Positions 24,850 through 38,605 of a stretch of 64,000 nt of DNA are shown one piece after another. The DNA is from Octopus vulgaris (Eukaryota). Location of the stretch: positions 58,466,001-58,530,000 of the forward strand of contig OX597825.1 of NCBI GenBank assembly GCA_951406725.2, given 5' to 3'. The notes below the pieces were generated by a model. That model was not told the origin of the DNA and ran no database searches. It worked only from the letters and a program-made list of their open reading frames with translations. The position numbers were made by a program, and so were the translations under genes. Position 1 is the stretch's first letter, and every line of letters starts with the position of its first letter.

Positions 24850-25342
24850 TTACATGGAAAAATACAAGCATGAAAAGTAATATTCTTAAGATTATAAACC
24901 TGGAAAAGTACAGGACAAGTTATTACACCTGTAAAAGTATAGAACAAGCTATTACTTCTAGTAAAGACTAAAAAACATTTTACTTAAAATATTGCAGCTA
25001 AAATTAAAATTTGAATATTAAAACTCATTTTATTATAGTTTACAAATAACACTAATTTAAGTAGAATTTGGCTAATTTACTACCTTAAATACAGAAAAAA
25101 GTGACTAATTAGGCAAACTTACAGTTTTGTACAATAAATTTATAAGATGAGAACTGAAAAGAGTGATAAATTAGAACTGGCATTCTTTGCTGCAATATTT
25201 TAAGTAAAAAGTTTCTTATTCTTTACTTTACTAGAAGTAATAGTTTGTCCTATACTTTTACAGGTGTAATAACTTGTCCTGTACTTTTCCAGGTTTATAA
25301 TCTTAAGAATATGACTTTCCATGCTCACATTTTTCCATGTAA
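24850..25342. mobile_element. Foldback/MITE-like element with ~150-bp inverted arms
   Basis: TTACATGGAAAAAT...ATATTGCAGC (24850-25002) versus GCTGCAATAT...ATTTTTCCATGTAA (25185-25342); internal ~29-bp tandem subrepeat. Confidence 0.7.
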
Positions 25343-25445
25343 TATATATATATATATGATGTGTGTATATATATATACATATGTATATATATATAAATAT
25401 ATGATTTGTATACATACATGCATACATACATACATACATATATAG

Positions 25446-25920
25446 GGGCATTATGTCATGCTTGAAAAGACCCGTCAAGCCAAGTGAAATCATAGTCATG
25501 GCTGATGCTGGTGTCACATAGCTGGCCCTCATGCCACCAGTGGCACGTAAAGAGCACCTTTCAAGTGTTGGGCCTCACGAAGGCAAAGTGGCCGAGTTCC
25601 TTTCGAGAGTTGGCCTCATGAAGGCAATGACTGAGACCTTTGGCATTATGTCGTGCTTGAGAAGAAAACCCATCAAGCTGAGCAAAATTGCAGTTGTGGC
25701 AGATACTGGTGTCATACAAATGGCACTTGTATGGGTGGCACATAAAAACACCCATTACATTCTCAAAGTGGTTGGTATTAGGTAGGGTATCCGATCATAG
25801 AAAACCATGCCAAATCAGACTGGAGTCTGGTGAAACCTTCCAGCTTACCAGCCCTGGTCAAACTGTCCAACCCCTGCCAGCATGGTCAACAGACATTAAA
25901 TGATGATGATTATGATGATA
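25446..25920 (+). mobile_element. RTE-associated 3' module with internal tandem duplication
   Basis: GGCATTATGTC.TGCTTGA.AAGA occurs twice; ends in (GAT)n. Confidence 0.7.
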
Positions 25921-26411
25921 TATAAATATATATATTTGCTAATACCCATATCTTGTTGAATGCACTGATTCTCATCAGTTAACATCAAGACTAATTAATA
26001 CCTGGGTGGGTGACTGCTTGGTAAACAAACAAGAGACTGATAAAATAAGTAGCAGGCTTAAAATTAAATAGCTGCTGGGGTCCATCCATTCAATAAAAAC
26101 CTCTATGGTGGTCCCTTAGCAGAGCCGCAGTTCAATGATTGAAACAAGTAAGAGAACAATATGTGTGTGTGTGGTGTATTGTGTATGTATGTATGCGTGA
26201 AAGGCAGGTGACTGGCTGAGAAGGGATGATGAAGGAGATGGCAAGTGCAAGCACAAGATAGAACGATAGACATACTTGAAACTATTGTGAGTGTATAGTT
26301 CAACATTTAGTGACAGTATCAAGATGGAAGATACTTCAATGGTTTAACCACTTCAATATAACATTTAAAATAAAAGGAACCCATACACAACACACACATG
26401 CACAAACATAC

Positions 26412-26446
<35 letters not shown>

Positions 26447-27441
26447 CAGATAGATAGATAGATAGATAGACAGCAAATAGGCTAACTCAATAGTAGGTAA
26501 ATAAATAAATATATCACTGAGATTGGTCTTTATCGACAGAACATCTAGAAATGTTTAATGTCTTGAAGCATGAGTTAAGTCGTCACATGACGAGTTAATA
26601 GCAGCAAGAACGTTTCTGAGTGCACTGCTCTGATGGTATTTACCATTAATTCTTCAAATGCCAAACTAGTTAGCTATATACATTTTTGCTTGGTTCGATA
26701 AAATAATTCCTTGGCTACATTGAAGTTTCTTGTCAGGACGAAAAAAAAATGGTAAAGAATATATTGCATACTAGTGATACTTTCAAAGAATCTTCTTAGC
26801 ACTTTCCTTTCCTTACTGTTTGTGTTAAGTTTCTTTGGAGACTTTTGAGTGGCTGAGTGGATAAGTTGTAGAGCTCCCTACCCGCTTGTTGGTTCCTATC
26901 ATCTGTACACACACATGCACTCGCATATATAAAAACAAATATATATATATATCCTGTCACAACCTGGGACCTTGAAGACTGCTTTAATGCAAGAAAGTAT
27001 ACTAGTCCCTTAATATTTTATATTCAATATTTCATCTATTCAATAAGACAATCAATACTTCATTTCATTTTACTATATATATATTATTTATACTATATAT
27101 TCTATATTCTACATTAATATTATAAAGAATATTAATAAAACATAAAAAACAGACAGAGTTTGAATTTCTTTGAATAATATATATCCCTCTATACACAATC
27201 ATACAAACCCCTTTTTATTTATTTATTGGACTACACTCTCGGAGTGGTTGGCATTAGGAAGGGCATCCAGCTGTAGAAACTCTGCCAGATTGGAGCCTGG
27301 TGTAGCTATCTGGTTCGCCAGTCCTCAGTCAAATTGTCCAACCCATGCTAGAATGGAAAGCGGACATTAAACAATGATGATGATGATGATGATATATATA
27401 TTTCATACATAAATACATTCATATATATATATGTACACATA

Positions 27442-28885
27442 TGAGGGTCAGTTGAAAACTTCATAGGCTGACCAAGTTACGCTCATGGAATGTCACCACA
27501 TGTGGTTTATTTTTCAACATGCAATCCACACACTTTTTTCATTGGTGTTGCAGTGCTTTGATCCCATTGGTGAAGAAGCTTTCATCCTGTTGGTCAAAAA
27601 AGCCATCAACAGCAGACCTGATGACATCATCACTGCTATACTGGTTCTCAGCCAAGTGTTTTTTTCATGTTGGGAACAGATGAGAGACAAGGTCAAATCA
27701 GGAGATTAGGGAGGGTGATCAAGCCACAGTTATGCTCAGTAGCTACTGAAAGCAAATACTTGTGTGCTGGAGCATTGACCTGATCAAACAAGGCCCTTTT
27801 GTTTAGTTTTCCTGGGTAGTTGGTCTTGATAGCCTTTTGTAACTGCCTCAGCAAGTTGGCATGATACTCTCCATTGATGGTGTGGCCCTTTTGAAGATAG
27901 TCAATAAACACTATGCCCTTTGCATCCCAAAAAACTGAAGCTATCACTTTCCCTGCGGATGAAACGACCTTGGCCTTTTTTTGGAGTAGGTGAGGAGGGA
28001 TGTTTCCATTGCATGGACTGCTTCTTTGTCTCTGGTCCAAAGTGATGAACCCAGCACTCATTTTGGCTTAGAAAATGCTCAAAGCAATCATCTGGATCTA
28101 CCTCCAACACTATAAAATTTTCCTGTAATACGATCAGCCTAGTGCACTTTTGATCAGGTGTCAGAAGACATGGTATCCACTGAGCAGAAAACTTTGTCAT
28201 GTTAAGTTCATTGAGCAGAATATTCTCAACTCTTTCACAGGATATGCTAATATTGGCTATTTGATTTATAGTCAATCACTTGTCATCCATCAGCATGTGG
28301 TGAATACAATCAGTGTTTTCCTCAGTGGTGGCATTTGCAGGGATGTTCAGACCTCAGTTTATCTTCAAAACTCTTCCTTCTTCTCCTAAATTCCGCTGCC
28401 CACTTTTACACTGTTGATAAAGCTGGAGCATCATCTCCTAATGTAGCAATCATGTAGCAATCATTTCTGCAGGCACTTGATAATACTACAATGTAAAATT
28501 TTGATGCAGCACGGAGTTTTGTCAGTGAACAGGTTGCGGTCTCAAAGCAATGAAAATATTTTGACAAATTAAATTTAAATGTTGAAGTGAATCTAACGGT
28601 CTTCTTAAATGGCTTATAAACACCTTCCACACTGCAATTGTTTTCGTTCCAGGACACGATTTCAGATCAGGTCACTTGCTATGCAAGTACATCTCCAAAA
28701 TTTTGTCCATTTTCAAGAAAAGTCACTACAAGTTACTTTTGCAGTCTTCTTTGAACAGTGTGATGTCAGTTTAACTGGAAAGAAGCAATGCGTCTATTAA
28801 TAAGTTGAAATTAATGCATACATGATTTCACAGCTCTAGCATCACTCCTTTATAGTCAGCCTATGAACTTTTCAGCCCACTCTCA
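27442..28885 (-). mobile_element. Mariner transposon (Himar1/irritans-like), disrupted
   Basis: TIRs TGAGGGTCAGTTGAAAACTTCATAGGCTGAC / GTCAGCCTATGAACTTTTCAGCCCACTCTCA. Protein fragments WIPCLLTPDQK, WVHHFGPETKKQSMQWKH and KVIASVFWDAKGIVFIDYLQKGHTING. Confidence 0.9.
28504..28696. mobile_element. 193-bp insertion in the mariner N-terminus with 9-bp TSD
   Basis: AAAATTTTG at 28495-28503 and 28697-28705. Confidence 0.7.
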
Positions 28886-29335
28886 CATATATATGTATGT
28901 GCATGTGTGTGTATATGTGTATGTATATATATACGTACATATGTATGTATGTATGAGCATGCATACACATATACATAAACAGGAATGTAGTTTATAGAGA
29001 AATCACTTGTGAGAATAATATGCAACAACAATAACAAACAACCAAAAGTAAGATTGCAAACAATTTGCTGGCTGGAATTGTTCCAAGACTTTTTTTTCTC
29101 TTTGGCTTACAGACATAATCAAACACATCTTAGATTGACATAGATGTTGAAGAATTAGGTCAATCATCGGCAATATTGATCTGTCCAAGAAGAGAATACA
29201 AGGAGATACTCAGTAGTTCTGTAGACTTATAATGAGCATTGTTTTGATAGACACCTCAGTTTTTACTTGAACTCACTTCAAATTCCCAGTCAATGATTGT
29301 CTTTTTTTTATTATTATTTTGTATGGTTAGATGTG

Positions 29336-29656
29336 TGGAGGCGCAATGGCCCAGTGGTTAGGGCAGCAGAATCACGGTCGGAGGATCGTGGTTTCAATTC
29401 CCAGACCAGGCGTTGTGTGTGTTTATTGAGCGAAAACACCTAAAGCTCCACGAGGCTCTGGCAGGGGATGGTGGCGATCCCTGTTGTACTCTTTCGCCCT
29501 AACTTTCTCTCACTCTTTCTTCCTGTTTCTTGAGTAACGCTGCGATGGACTGGCGTCCCGTCCAGCTGGGGGGAACACATACACCATAGAAACTGGGAAA
29601 CTGGGCCCATGAGCCTGGCTAGGCTTGAAAAGGGCACATAAAAAAAAAATTTTTTA
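29336..29656 (+). mobile_element. SINE family C, tail variant 2 (Meta/MESC-like GCGATGGACTGGCGTCCCGTCCAG)
   Basis: tRNA head; TSD-like ATGGTTAG.TGTG on both flanks; homologous copy at 55875-56178. Confidence 0.85.
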
Positions 29657-29965
29657 ATGGTTAGGTGTGGCTGTGTATTAAACAACTTGCCTCCCAATCT
29701 TGGATTTAGTCCCACTGCATGGCACCTTGCTTAAGTGAAAGAAGCAGATTGTTCATGTCTGTCTGTCTGCCTGCCTGTCTATCTGTCTGTATATGTATAA
29801 GAAAACAGGATATTGGGAAATGTTTTGGTATTATTAATTCACCATTACATACGTTTCCTTTGCTAATAGGAATTACAAAGTTTTACATGTTTGATAAACA
29901 TCTAAGAGATTTCCTATTTGAAATTCTTCAGACAGAGAATCAAATAATACATACAGCAATAACAT

Positions 29966-30273
29966 TGTTTTTGTTTGTTCCTTCTCGAGCCATGCCTGGC
30001 TCATAGGGACGGTTTCCTGGTTTCCTTGGTGTATAGGTTCCCCACTTGGATGGGATGCTGGTCTGTTGCAGGTGAGCTGCAAGATGCAGGAGGAAAGAGT
30101 GAGAGAAAGCTGTGGCGAAAGAGTCAGTAGAAGTTCACCATTACCTTCTGCCAGTGCTGTGTGGAGCTTAGGTGTTTTGCTCATAAACACACACACTGCC
30201 CTGTCTGAGATTCGAACCCATGATCCCTCGACTGCGAGTCCGCTGCTCTAACCACTAGGCCATGTGCCTCCAC
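29966..30273 (-). mobile_element. SINE family C-related copy with 13-bp TSD
   Basis: TSD ACAGCAA(T/C)AACAT at 29953 and 30274. Confidence 0.85.
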
Positions 30274-30517
30274 ACAGCAACAACATACTGGATTGTAATA
30301 ATGGAATAAGCAAATTTTCTTCAAGAGAAAACAGTTTTATTTACCCTACCTATCTATGTAATATATGTATATATCTGTGTGTGTGTGTTTCTTTGTGTTT
30401 GTCTCTTACCACTGCTTGACAATTTGTGTTGGTTTGTTTACATTCCTGTTACTTAGCAGGTTGACAAAAGTACCTGATAGAATAAGTATCAGGCTTGAAA
30501 AAAAAGGGACCTATTAA

Positions 30518-30964
30518 CCTTTTATTACTATATTTCTTTTGAAATATACTGCCTTTGTCTCAATTAATTTTGAAAATGTTGAAGAATTTAGTAAAATTTG
30601 TCATTATTTAACCTGGTGTTAAGGCAGTGAGCTGGCAGAATTGTTAGCATGCTGGTCAAAATGCTTAATGACATTTTGTCCATTTTGACATTCTGAGTTC
30701 AAATTCTGCCAAGGTTGACAGAAAGGTCCTCCTTTCAGGGGCAATGAAACAAGTACCAGTTATGCACTGAGGTTGATGTAACCGACTAGCTCCCTCCCTC
30801 AGAGTTTCAGTCCTTGAGCTTACAGAAGAAAAGATTATTAACCTGGTGTTTTGAATATAAATCATCATGAAATTTTGAAAGAAGGTTTTAATTAAAATCC
30901 CTTTAAACATGAAGTTTGCATCACAGAAGCAGATTCGGTCTTGCGCAGACTGGTATCAAAAGGG
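30518..30964. mobile_element. piggyBac-type MITE (TTAA TSD) containing a family B SINE (30621-30837)
   Basis: TTAA-CCTTTT...AAAAGGG-TTAA; nested SINE TSD TTAACCTGGTGTT at 30608 and 30838. Confidence 0.75.
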
Positions 30965-31944
30965 TTAAGGTAGTAGCCTAGCATGGCTACAGTCCAGTGG
31001 CTGAAATAAGTAAAAGATAAAAGATAAAGATTTTGCTTTTGTATTTTGTTTTTATTGTTTTATGCTTCGGGGGTTTATATTTTTATTCTTTGTTCTATAT
31101 CTTCTCCATCCATACCTCACTACCACTGTGCCACTGCTGCCAGCATTACAAATCCCCATGACCCCCTGCCCCACATAATAATAATTACTGACACCATCAT
31201 CACTGACATTGTTGCCACTGACCCCATGGCTACCAACATCATCATCATCACTGGTATTACCACCATCACCACCACCACCATCATTACTATTATGCCATGA
31301 CCACTATCAACATCATCACCACCATGACTATCATCACCATCATTGCTACCACAACCACACTCAACACCAGCATCACTGTCACTACCACCACCACCACCAC
31401 CACTATTGCCATCATTATTACTACCACTGAAAACATTGCTGTGATCACCACCACTACTACTACCAAGAACAACAATGCCACCAACAACCTCATCAATGTA
31501 ACACAACCATCTCTTCTGCTACAATCATTACTACCACTACCACTACCATCACCGCAATCATTTTAGCCAAGTGTTAAGCACTGGATCTGGCAGCAACTTA
31601 GAAGGATATTGGCCAAGTGTTAATTAGTGTATTTGTCTGAAATTAAGAGAAGTTTTAGGTCAAGTACCATATCTAACTGCAGTTAGATGTGTTTGGACCA
31701 TACTTTAGTTATTATATCAAGTTAGTTAGGGTTGTTTCAGGCTGTGAAATATTGTATCCAGCTGGAGTTAGGGCATTGTGAAGGAGGGATAGAAGCATCT
31801 AGAAATATGGTTTTCTTTTGAATGGGTAGAAAGGCTCTGTATATTTTAGAGAAGGGATATGGAAAGATGTGTTTCATGCCATTCACAAAAGAATTAGTAG
31901 CATAAATGAAGCTTCAACCAGGAATTGAAACTATGATGTTTACT

Positions 31945-32180
31945 TTTCTTATTTCTTTATTGCCCACAAGGGGCTAAACATAGAGGGGACAAACAAGGAC
32001 GGAAAAAGGGATTAAGTCAATTATATCGACCCCAGTGCGTAACTGGTACTTATTTAATTGACCCCGAAAGGATGAAAGACAAAGTTGACCTCGGCGGAAT
32101 TTGAACTCAGAACGTAACGGCAGACGAAATACCACTAAGCATTTCACCAGCATGCTAATATTTCTGCCAGCTCGCCACCT
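31945..32180 (-). mobile_element. SINE family B
   Basis: Full minus-strand copy. Confidence 0.8.
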
Positions 32181-32527
32181 TGATGTTTACTTTTCTTGCA
32201 TAGGGGTTAGTAGGTTTCAGTCATTAAAGTGTATCCATGGTGGAGCACCACCTTATGGGATATTGCTAAACAAATTGATCCCAGTGGTGATTTTAAGTTT
32301 GGGTCTCGCTCTGTTCATTTCTTATAGCCAGTTCACTAAGTGAAAAACAAACACACACACATATGCTCCTACATAGTTGCCATTTACCAAATTCACTTAT
32401 AAGACTTCAGTTGAACTAGAGCTTTAGTAGAAGACATACACCTACTGAAGGTACCACTGTAGGACAGAATCTGAAACCACATGGTTACAAAGTAAATTTC
32501 TTGAGTACAGAACCATGCCAATACCAT

Positions 32528-33232
32528 CATCATTAGCATCACCATTTAATGTCTATTTACCATGCTGGCATGGGTTGTATGGTTTGACTGAAAACTGGTA
32601 AGCTGGGAAGCTGCACCAGGTTCTAATCTGTTTTGGCATGTTTTCTACAGCTGGATGCCCTTCCTAATACCAACCACTCCAAGAGTGTAATAGGTGCTTT
32701 TTACATGCCACTAGTATGGGTACTAGTTGCATGACACCAGTATCAGCCATGACTACAATCTCACTTGGCTTGATGGGTCTTTTCAAGTTTGGTGTATTAC
32801 CAAAGATCTCTGTCACTTGTCACTGCCTCTGTGAGGCCCAAAGTTTGAATGGTACTTTATATGTGCCACTGACACAGAAACTCTGATGTTTGTACTATCT
32901 CTGGAAGTAGTTCCGGTGTAAGTACAACAGCTTAAAGCAGGAAATGGTCACTGTGTGTTGTAGTATAGACTTGCCAAGAGACTACATGTATATGCTACTG
33001 TTTGTGTGATATAAGAACTAAGAGAAGTTTATCTTTTACTTCTGTCAGTCATTGGATTGTGACCATGTTGAGACATTACCTTGAAGGATTTAGTCAAAGG
33101 AATGACTCCAGTATTTATTTTCTAAGCCTAATACTATTTTGTGAATCCCTTTTGCTGAACTGCTAAGTTATGTAAACATAAAGAAACCAACACGGGTTGT
33201 GAAGAAGTGATGGGGGACAAATGTAATACAAA

Positions 33233-33276
<44 letters not shown>

Positions 33277-33435
33277 TATGATGATCTTCTTTCAGTTCTT
33301 GCCTTCCAAATCCACCCACAAGTCTTTGGTCAGTTTGGGGCTATAGTTGAAGCCACATGCCCAAGGTGCCATGCAGTGGGACTGAACCTGAAACCACATG
33401 GTTAGGTAGCAAGCTTCTTATATAGGCAACCATGT
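32528..33435 (-). mobile_element. RTE-associated 3' module (32528-32880) and SINE family A (33030-33435)
   Basis: Reverse complements of the families described above. Confidence 0.75.
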
Positions 33436-33444
33436 CATTTGTTG

Positions 33445-34057
33445 CAATGTTAAGTGGACTTTCTGCATAGCTGTCACAAATAAAATGCAATATTTTTGAT
33501 TTTGGGAGGAATTTTTTGACATTTCACAGTATAGATTTTACAGAATGTTAAAAGTGTGAGGAAAATAAAATGTAATTTTGCTGTGAAATAAATTAACACA
33601 TTGTAAGTATGGTTTCTTCAGTTTTTGTATCATATAGAGGGAAAAGAATGGCAAAAATATGAAAGCAAAAACCCAAATAAAATTTATTTTAATGATGAAG
33701 TGTGTGGCAGAGGTTAAGAATTTAAAAAAATGTAACTTATAAGTGTTTAAGAATTAAAAAAAATATATGAATGATAAATGTTTCATTATGTTGATTATAA
33801 AATGACAAAATTGCAAAAAAGAAAAAAAACAAATTTTAAAGAGGGGCAGATAGTGTGAAGACACAGTTAAAGCAGAATAGTGGTAGGGTTTGAGACAGTT
33901 GAAAAACATGAATTTTGGAAATTTTTTTTTTTTAAATGCAATTTATAAGTGCTTTTGCAATGTGGGATACTATAAAACATTGAAAAATTTTGTGCCCAAA
34001 ACCTTGCAAAATTCCATTTTATTCATGACAGCTATTCTGAAAGTCCACCCAACACTA
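33445..34057. mobile_element. MITE-like element with imperfect long TIRs
   Basis: GTGGACTTTCTGCATAGCTGTCACAAATAAAATG versus CATTTTATTCATGACAGCTATTCTGAAAGTCCAC; no clear TSD. Confidence 0.6.
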
Positions 34058-34158
34058 ATCTTATGACTATATCGATCAAGCTGTGGGTTTCACAATCATA
34101 CTATATGTCAGAAATTTGTGTGTGTGTCGCTTGTCTGCAAGATTCAATCAATCGTTTC

Positions 34159-34207
<49 letters not shown>

Positions 34208-34715
34208 TGTTTATTTATCTATCTATTTTTACTACTCTTTCTCTCTGAATTACCCAACAATTCAATGGATGTGTACCAATATGGCGACTCCAGTGCATTG
34301 TAGTCTGTACACACTGTACATATGCTCACTAAAAGGAGGTAAAAAACAACATAAAAATAAAACCAAAAAAGCCAAACAAAATGATGGAAAAATACAGATA
34401 AATCAGTAAAAATGTGTCAATCGATTTTTTTCTTACTATTAAACTGTGTTCGCTATATACAATGTTTTTACGATGGTTATCTTTTTTTTTCTCTCTCAAA
34501 TGGTACAGGGTATTTCCTTGTGATATGTTTTTATTTACTTCTAAAGCATACTAAGAAAGAATTGAAAGTAAAGCAAAAAAAAAAATTGATAAATATACTT
34601 AAAGGACAATAGAAAAATTCTGATGTGTGTGTGTGTGTGTGTGTGTGTGGACATATGTGTATGTAAACGTGTATGTATACATGTATGTATATGTATGCAT
34701 GTATATGTATATGTA

Positions 34716-34760
<45 letters not shown>

Positions 34761-35305
34761 GCATACACACATATACATATATATACATGCATACATTTAT
34801 AAAATGAGTAGTATCAGAATATATTTATTTTTACGGTGAGTTTAACAATCTATAATTTATTAAGCAAGAGAATTTGTAGTCATGGTGTTACGAATGATTT
34901 CTATTATTATTTAGACAGGGCAAAACCATTGATGTTTGCGAAAGCATGTAGTGGTTACTAACAGCATGTTTAACATCTACTGTAAGCATTAACCCTTGGT
35001 TTGTTTAAAGTTTGTTTCTTTGAATGCTCTTTAACCCTCTGTTCTAAAGTAATGATTTCCAATAGGCAACTTCAATGATTTTTTTGATTACTTTTTTTCT
35101 TGCATGATTAATGTAAAAGACAGAAAAGATATGTTTCTAAAGTTTATAGGCAGTGATGCCACTGTATGGTAAGAAGTTTGATACCCAGCCACATAGTTCT
35201 GGGTTTAACCTCACTGTGTTGCACCTTTAACTGTAAGCACAAGGCCCGAAATTTTGGGGAGGTGGATAGTCGATTACATTGACCCCAGTACTCAACTGGT
35301 ACTTA

Positions 35306-35838
35306 CGAGGGGTGTATGAAAATTCTTGAGGCTCAAAAAAACATAACACAGTACAAGACTGCTGAGGATTTATTTTTCAACATAGTCCCTCTTGATGGCC
35401 GAACAATTTCTCCAGCAGTGCTGAAGCGCCATTATCCTGGTGTAGAGGAACTCTTTTGTTTGAGACTCCAAGAAACTTCCTGCAGTGTCTATGACGTCAT
35501 TGTCACTGGCAAAATGGCGACCAGCCAGGGCTTTTTTCATTTTAAGGAATAAATGAAAGTCATAGGGGACTAAGTCTGGCAAATAAGGTGGATGGGGAAC
35601 AAGTTCGTATCCACAATCACAAATTGTTGCCATGGGAACCACTGAGATGTGGGCTGGGGCATTGTCGTGATGAAAAAGGACTCCTCTGGTGAGCATTTCC
35701 AGCCTTTTTTCTTTGATTGCTTTTCGGAGGTGTTTCAGTAGCTGAGAATAATACAGCCTTGACACGGTGTGACCCTTTTCAAGGTAATCGATCAGCAAGA
35801 CACCTTGAGAATCCCAAAAGACTGATGCCAGCTGAAGG
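35306..35838 (-). mobile_element. Truncated mariner (DD34D catalytic half plus one TIR), inserted at TA in a family B SINE
   Basis: ORF 35370-35798 reads FHHDNAPAH...HPPYLPDLVPYDFHLF; TA-CGAGGGGTGTATGAAAA terminus. Confidence 0.9.
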
Positions 35839-35939
35839 AATTGACCCCCAAAAGGATGAAAGGCAAAGTCGACTTCGGAGGAATTTGAACTCAGAATGTA
35901 ATAGCAGATGGCACCTTGGGCAAGTGTCTTTTACTATAG

Positions 35940-36290
35940 CAGTGATTCCCAACATGGGGCCTCGGAAAATTGTGCTGGGGCATGGGGTCCAAAATTGTTT
36001 TTCTGTTTTTTAGGGGTATGTGGAATTGTGAAAATCTTTTTTCCTCAGCAAACATACTACACCTATACTCAACCTAATCAAATCAATCCCTCCAGTCTTC
36101 ACACAGTATGGGAAAACTGTTTGCTTCAGTATAGTGCTGTCCTAATGTCCTAGTGTAGATATTTCTTTAAAAAAAGTTTATAATTATGAAATATTAAAAA
36201 TGAAATTGTTTTTTTTCAACCACATGTGGGGCATACATTTTTCTGGAAAGTTATTGTGGAGCCTGGTAGAAAATAGGTTAGGAAACATTG
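35940..36290. mobile_element. hAT-Charlie-type MITE inside a family A SINE
   Basis: TIRs CAGTGATTCCCAAC / GTTAGGAAACATTG; perfect 8-bp TSD TACTATAG. Confidence 0.85.
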
Positions 36291-36413
36291 TACTATAGCC
36301 TTGTGCCAAGCAAAGCTTTTATGAGTGGATTTAGCAGACAGACTGAAATAAATAAAAGACAAAAGATTTTTCAAAATTATAAGAAAAAGAAACAATTTTT
36401 CTATTGTATTATG

Positions 36414-36548
36414 TTAGGTGCAGGAGTGGCTGTGTGGTAAGTAGCTTGCTTACAAACCACATGGTTCTGGGTTCAGTCCCACTGTGTGGCACCTTGGGCA
36501 AGTGTCTTGTGAGTGAATTTGATAGACAGAAACTGAAAGAAGCCCATC

Positions 36549-36591
<43 letters not shown>

Positions 36592-36810
36592 CATATGTTT
36601 GTGTGTCTGTGTTTGTCCCTCCCAACATTGCTTGACAACTGATGCTGGTGTGTATTGTCCCTGTAACATAGAGGTTCGACAAAAGAGACTGATAGAATAA
36701 GTACTAGGCTTACAAAGAATAAGGCCTGGGGTCGATTTGCTCGCGTAAAGGCAGTGCTCCAGCATGGCTGCAATCAAATGACTGAAACAAATAAAAGAGT
36801 AAAAGAGAGA
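36414..36810 (+). mobile_element. SINE family A
   Basis: Full-length copy with a small internal deletion. Confidence 0.9.
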
Positions 36811-38519
36811 GAGTTAAGTGTTCATTGTCACTACACTGTGTTTTTCATGGTCAGCAAGATGCTTGTCAAAATCTGAAGATTGGTACACCAAGATATGAAC
36901 AGTACATATAGCATATAGGGCTGAATGCACCAACTAAATACTCACACACACACTGCAAATGGGAAGAATTGCATATGACTCAGACAGACTGCCATATCAT
37001 ATTTGCATTGAGTCTCTGTGATCTGAGTTCAAATTCTGCTGAAGTCGGTTTTGCCTTTTAGTACCTGTCTAGTGGGGTAGGGTGGTGGACAAGATGTCTT
37101 GCAGTAACTACTATACCTCTTTGCATTCTGCGTTCAAATTCCACCCTTTATCATCAGCCTCTACATAATTGACAGATGGAGCCTATGACAGGATTCCATA
37201 TCCTATTTGGAGCAATGCATCAATTGGATCAACATCTTAGCCTCATCATAGCTTGAGCAAGCAGGCCTTATGCTGAAGAGAGATTAACACAAAAAATTCC
37301 TGCTGGGAATGACTGGACAATGGCGGCCTTGTTTGACCATTTTTTGCTACCATATTTCTGTTAGACTATACTGACCTTGTTTCAATTAATTTTGAAAATA
37401 TGGAAAAAGACCACCCCCATAAAACTGGGTGTGGTCTTGGACAGGTTGGTATCAAAAGGATCAATAATGATTTCAGCTATGAAAAATAACCCATCTTCTG
37501 CCTTCTTTCATTATTGTCATTAAAGTTTAATCTGTGAAATTCAAGATAAATTATTTATAAGAATTCTTATAGTAATACATTTTTCATTCTTGGTTTTTTT
37601 TTAGATAAACTTATTCTTTCCACCAGAGTTCTTGGTAAAGTTGAAATTTTTGTGAAAGTTAGGATTTTGCTGATGTTGTTGAGTTAGAGATGATAGATTA
37701 TTATAATTAGGTTGATTAAAATGAGATTTTACTTATACTTTTATAAAATATTTGGCAATACCTATGTTGGGGAAAAGTGTTTTTAGTAATGAGAAAAAAG
37801 ATGTAGAGTAGCTACTTCTAGATTGTGTGGTGGATTAAACCACATGATGTCCATTTTTTTATTCTTATGGTTGAATGATTCATCTGTGGGTTTAAAGTAG
37901 GTGATTTTTTTCATGTAAACTGCTAAGTTTCAGATCCTCATGTTAATATGAAACATTATTTTTGAATACTTATTTATTATATAAATTTTTCAGAACTATG
38001 TTTCCCTTCAGGGAACCCCAGAGATGAAGAAGCACTAAAATTTCATTATAATATTGTGTATAAGTGTTACGTAACTGAGTTTTGATAGGTGTGTAACAAA
38101 ATTGCTGAATTGCTTATATGAATAAGCCAACAGAATATGTCCTTATGCATCACTGGAATATTATATTAATACTGTATTCAACAGATATCAACTGTACCAT
38201 AAATGGACACATAATTACATACTCTGTATACAGATGTGAGCCATAACTACAGGTGGTTTTATCTTTTACTCTAAAACACTAACCAAATTATTCTACATAT
38301 ATGAATAAATATAGATATGAAGGGAAAGTGTGAGCAAATGATAACTGAAAGAAGTAAAATACGTTTTTATTAATTTTTTATTATGCAATGTTTTTTTTAA
38401 ATAAATTATATAATTGCTTTCATACATGGATACACATACATGCACACACATATACTGTATTTTTCTGCATGCAGGTCATATATGTAATGTTAGTTTGTTT
38501 ATATTTATATTCACGCATA

Positions 38520-38555
<36 letters not shown>

Positions 38556-38605
38556 TATATGTATAAACAAACATTTGTTTTTTTTTATAAGCATTGAAAT
38601 GTTTA

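Noticed and set aside
31620-31890. Possible PLE post-RT remnant on the minus strand (IPFSKIYRA...AGY); similar hints at 3330-3560 and 45550-45680
   Set aside because: Requires multiple frameshifts; similarity is too weak to call by eye.
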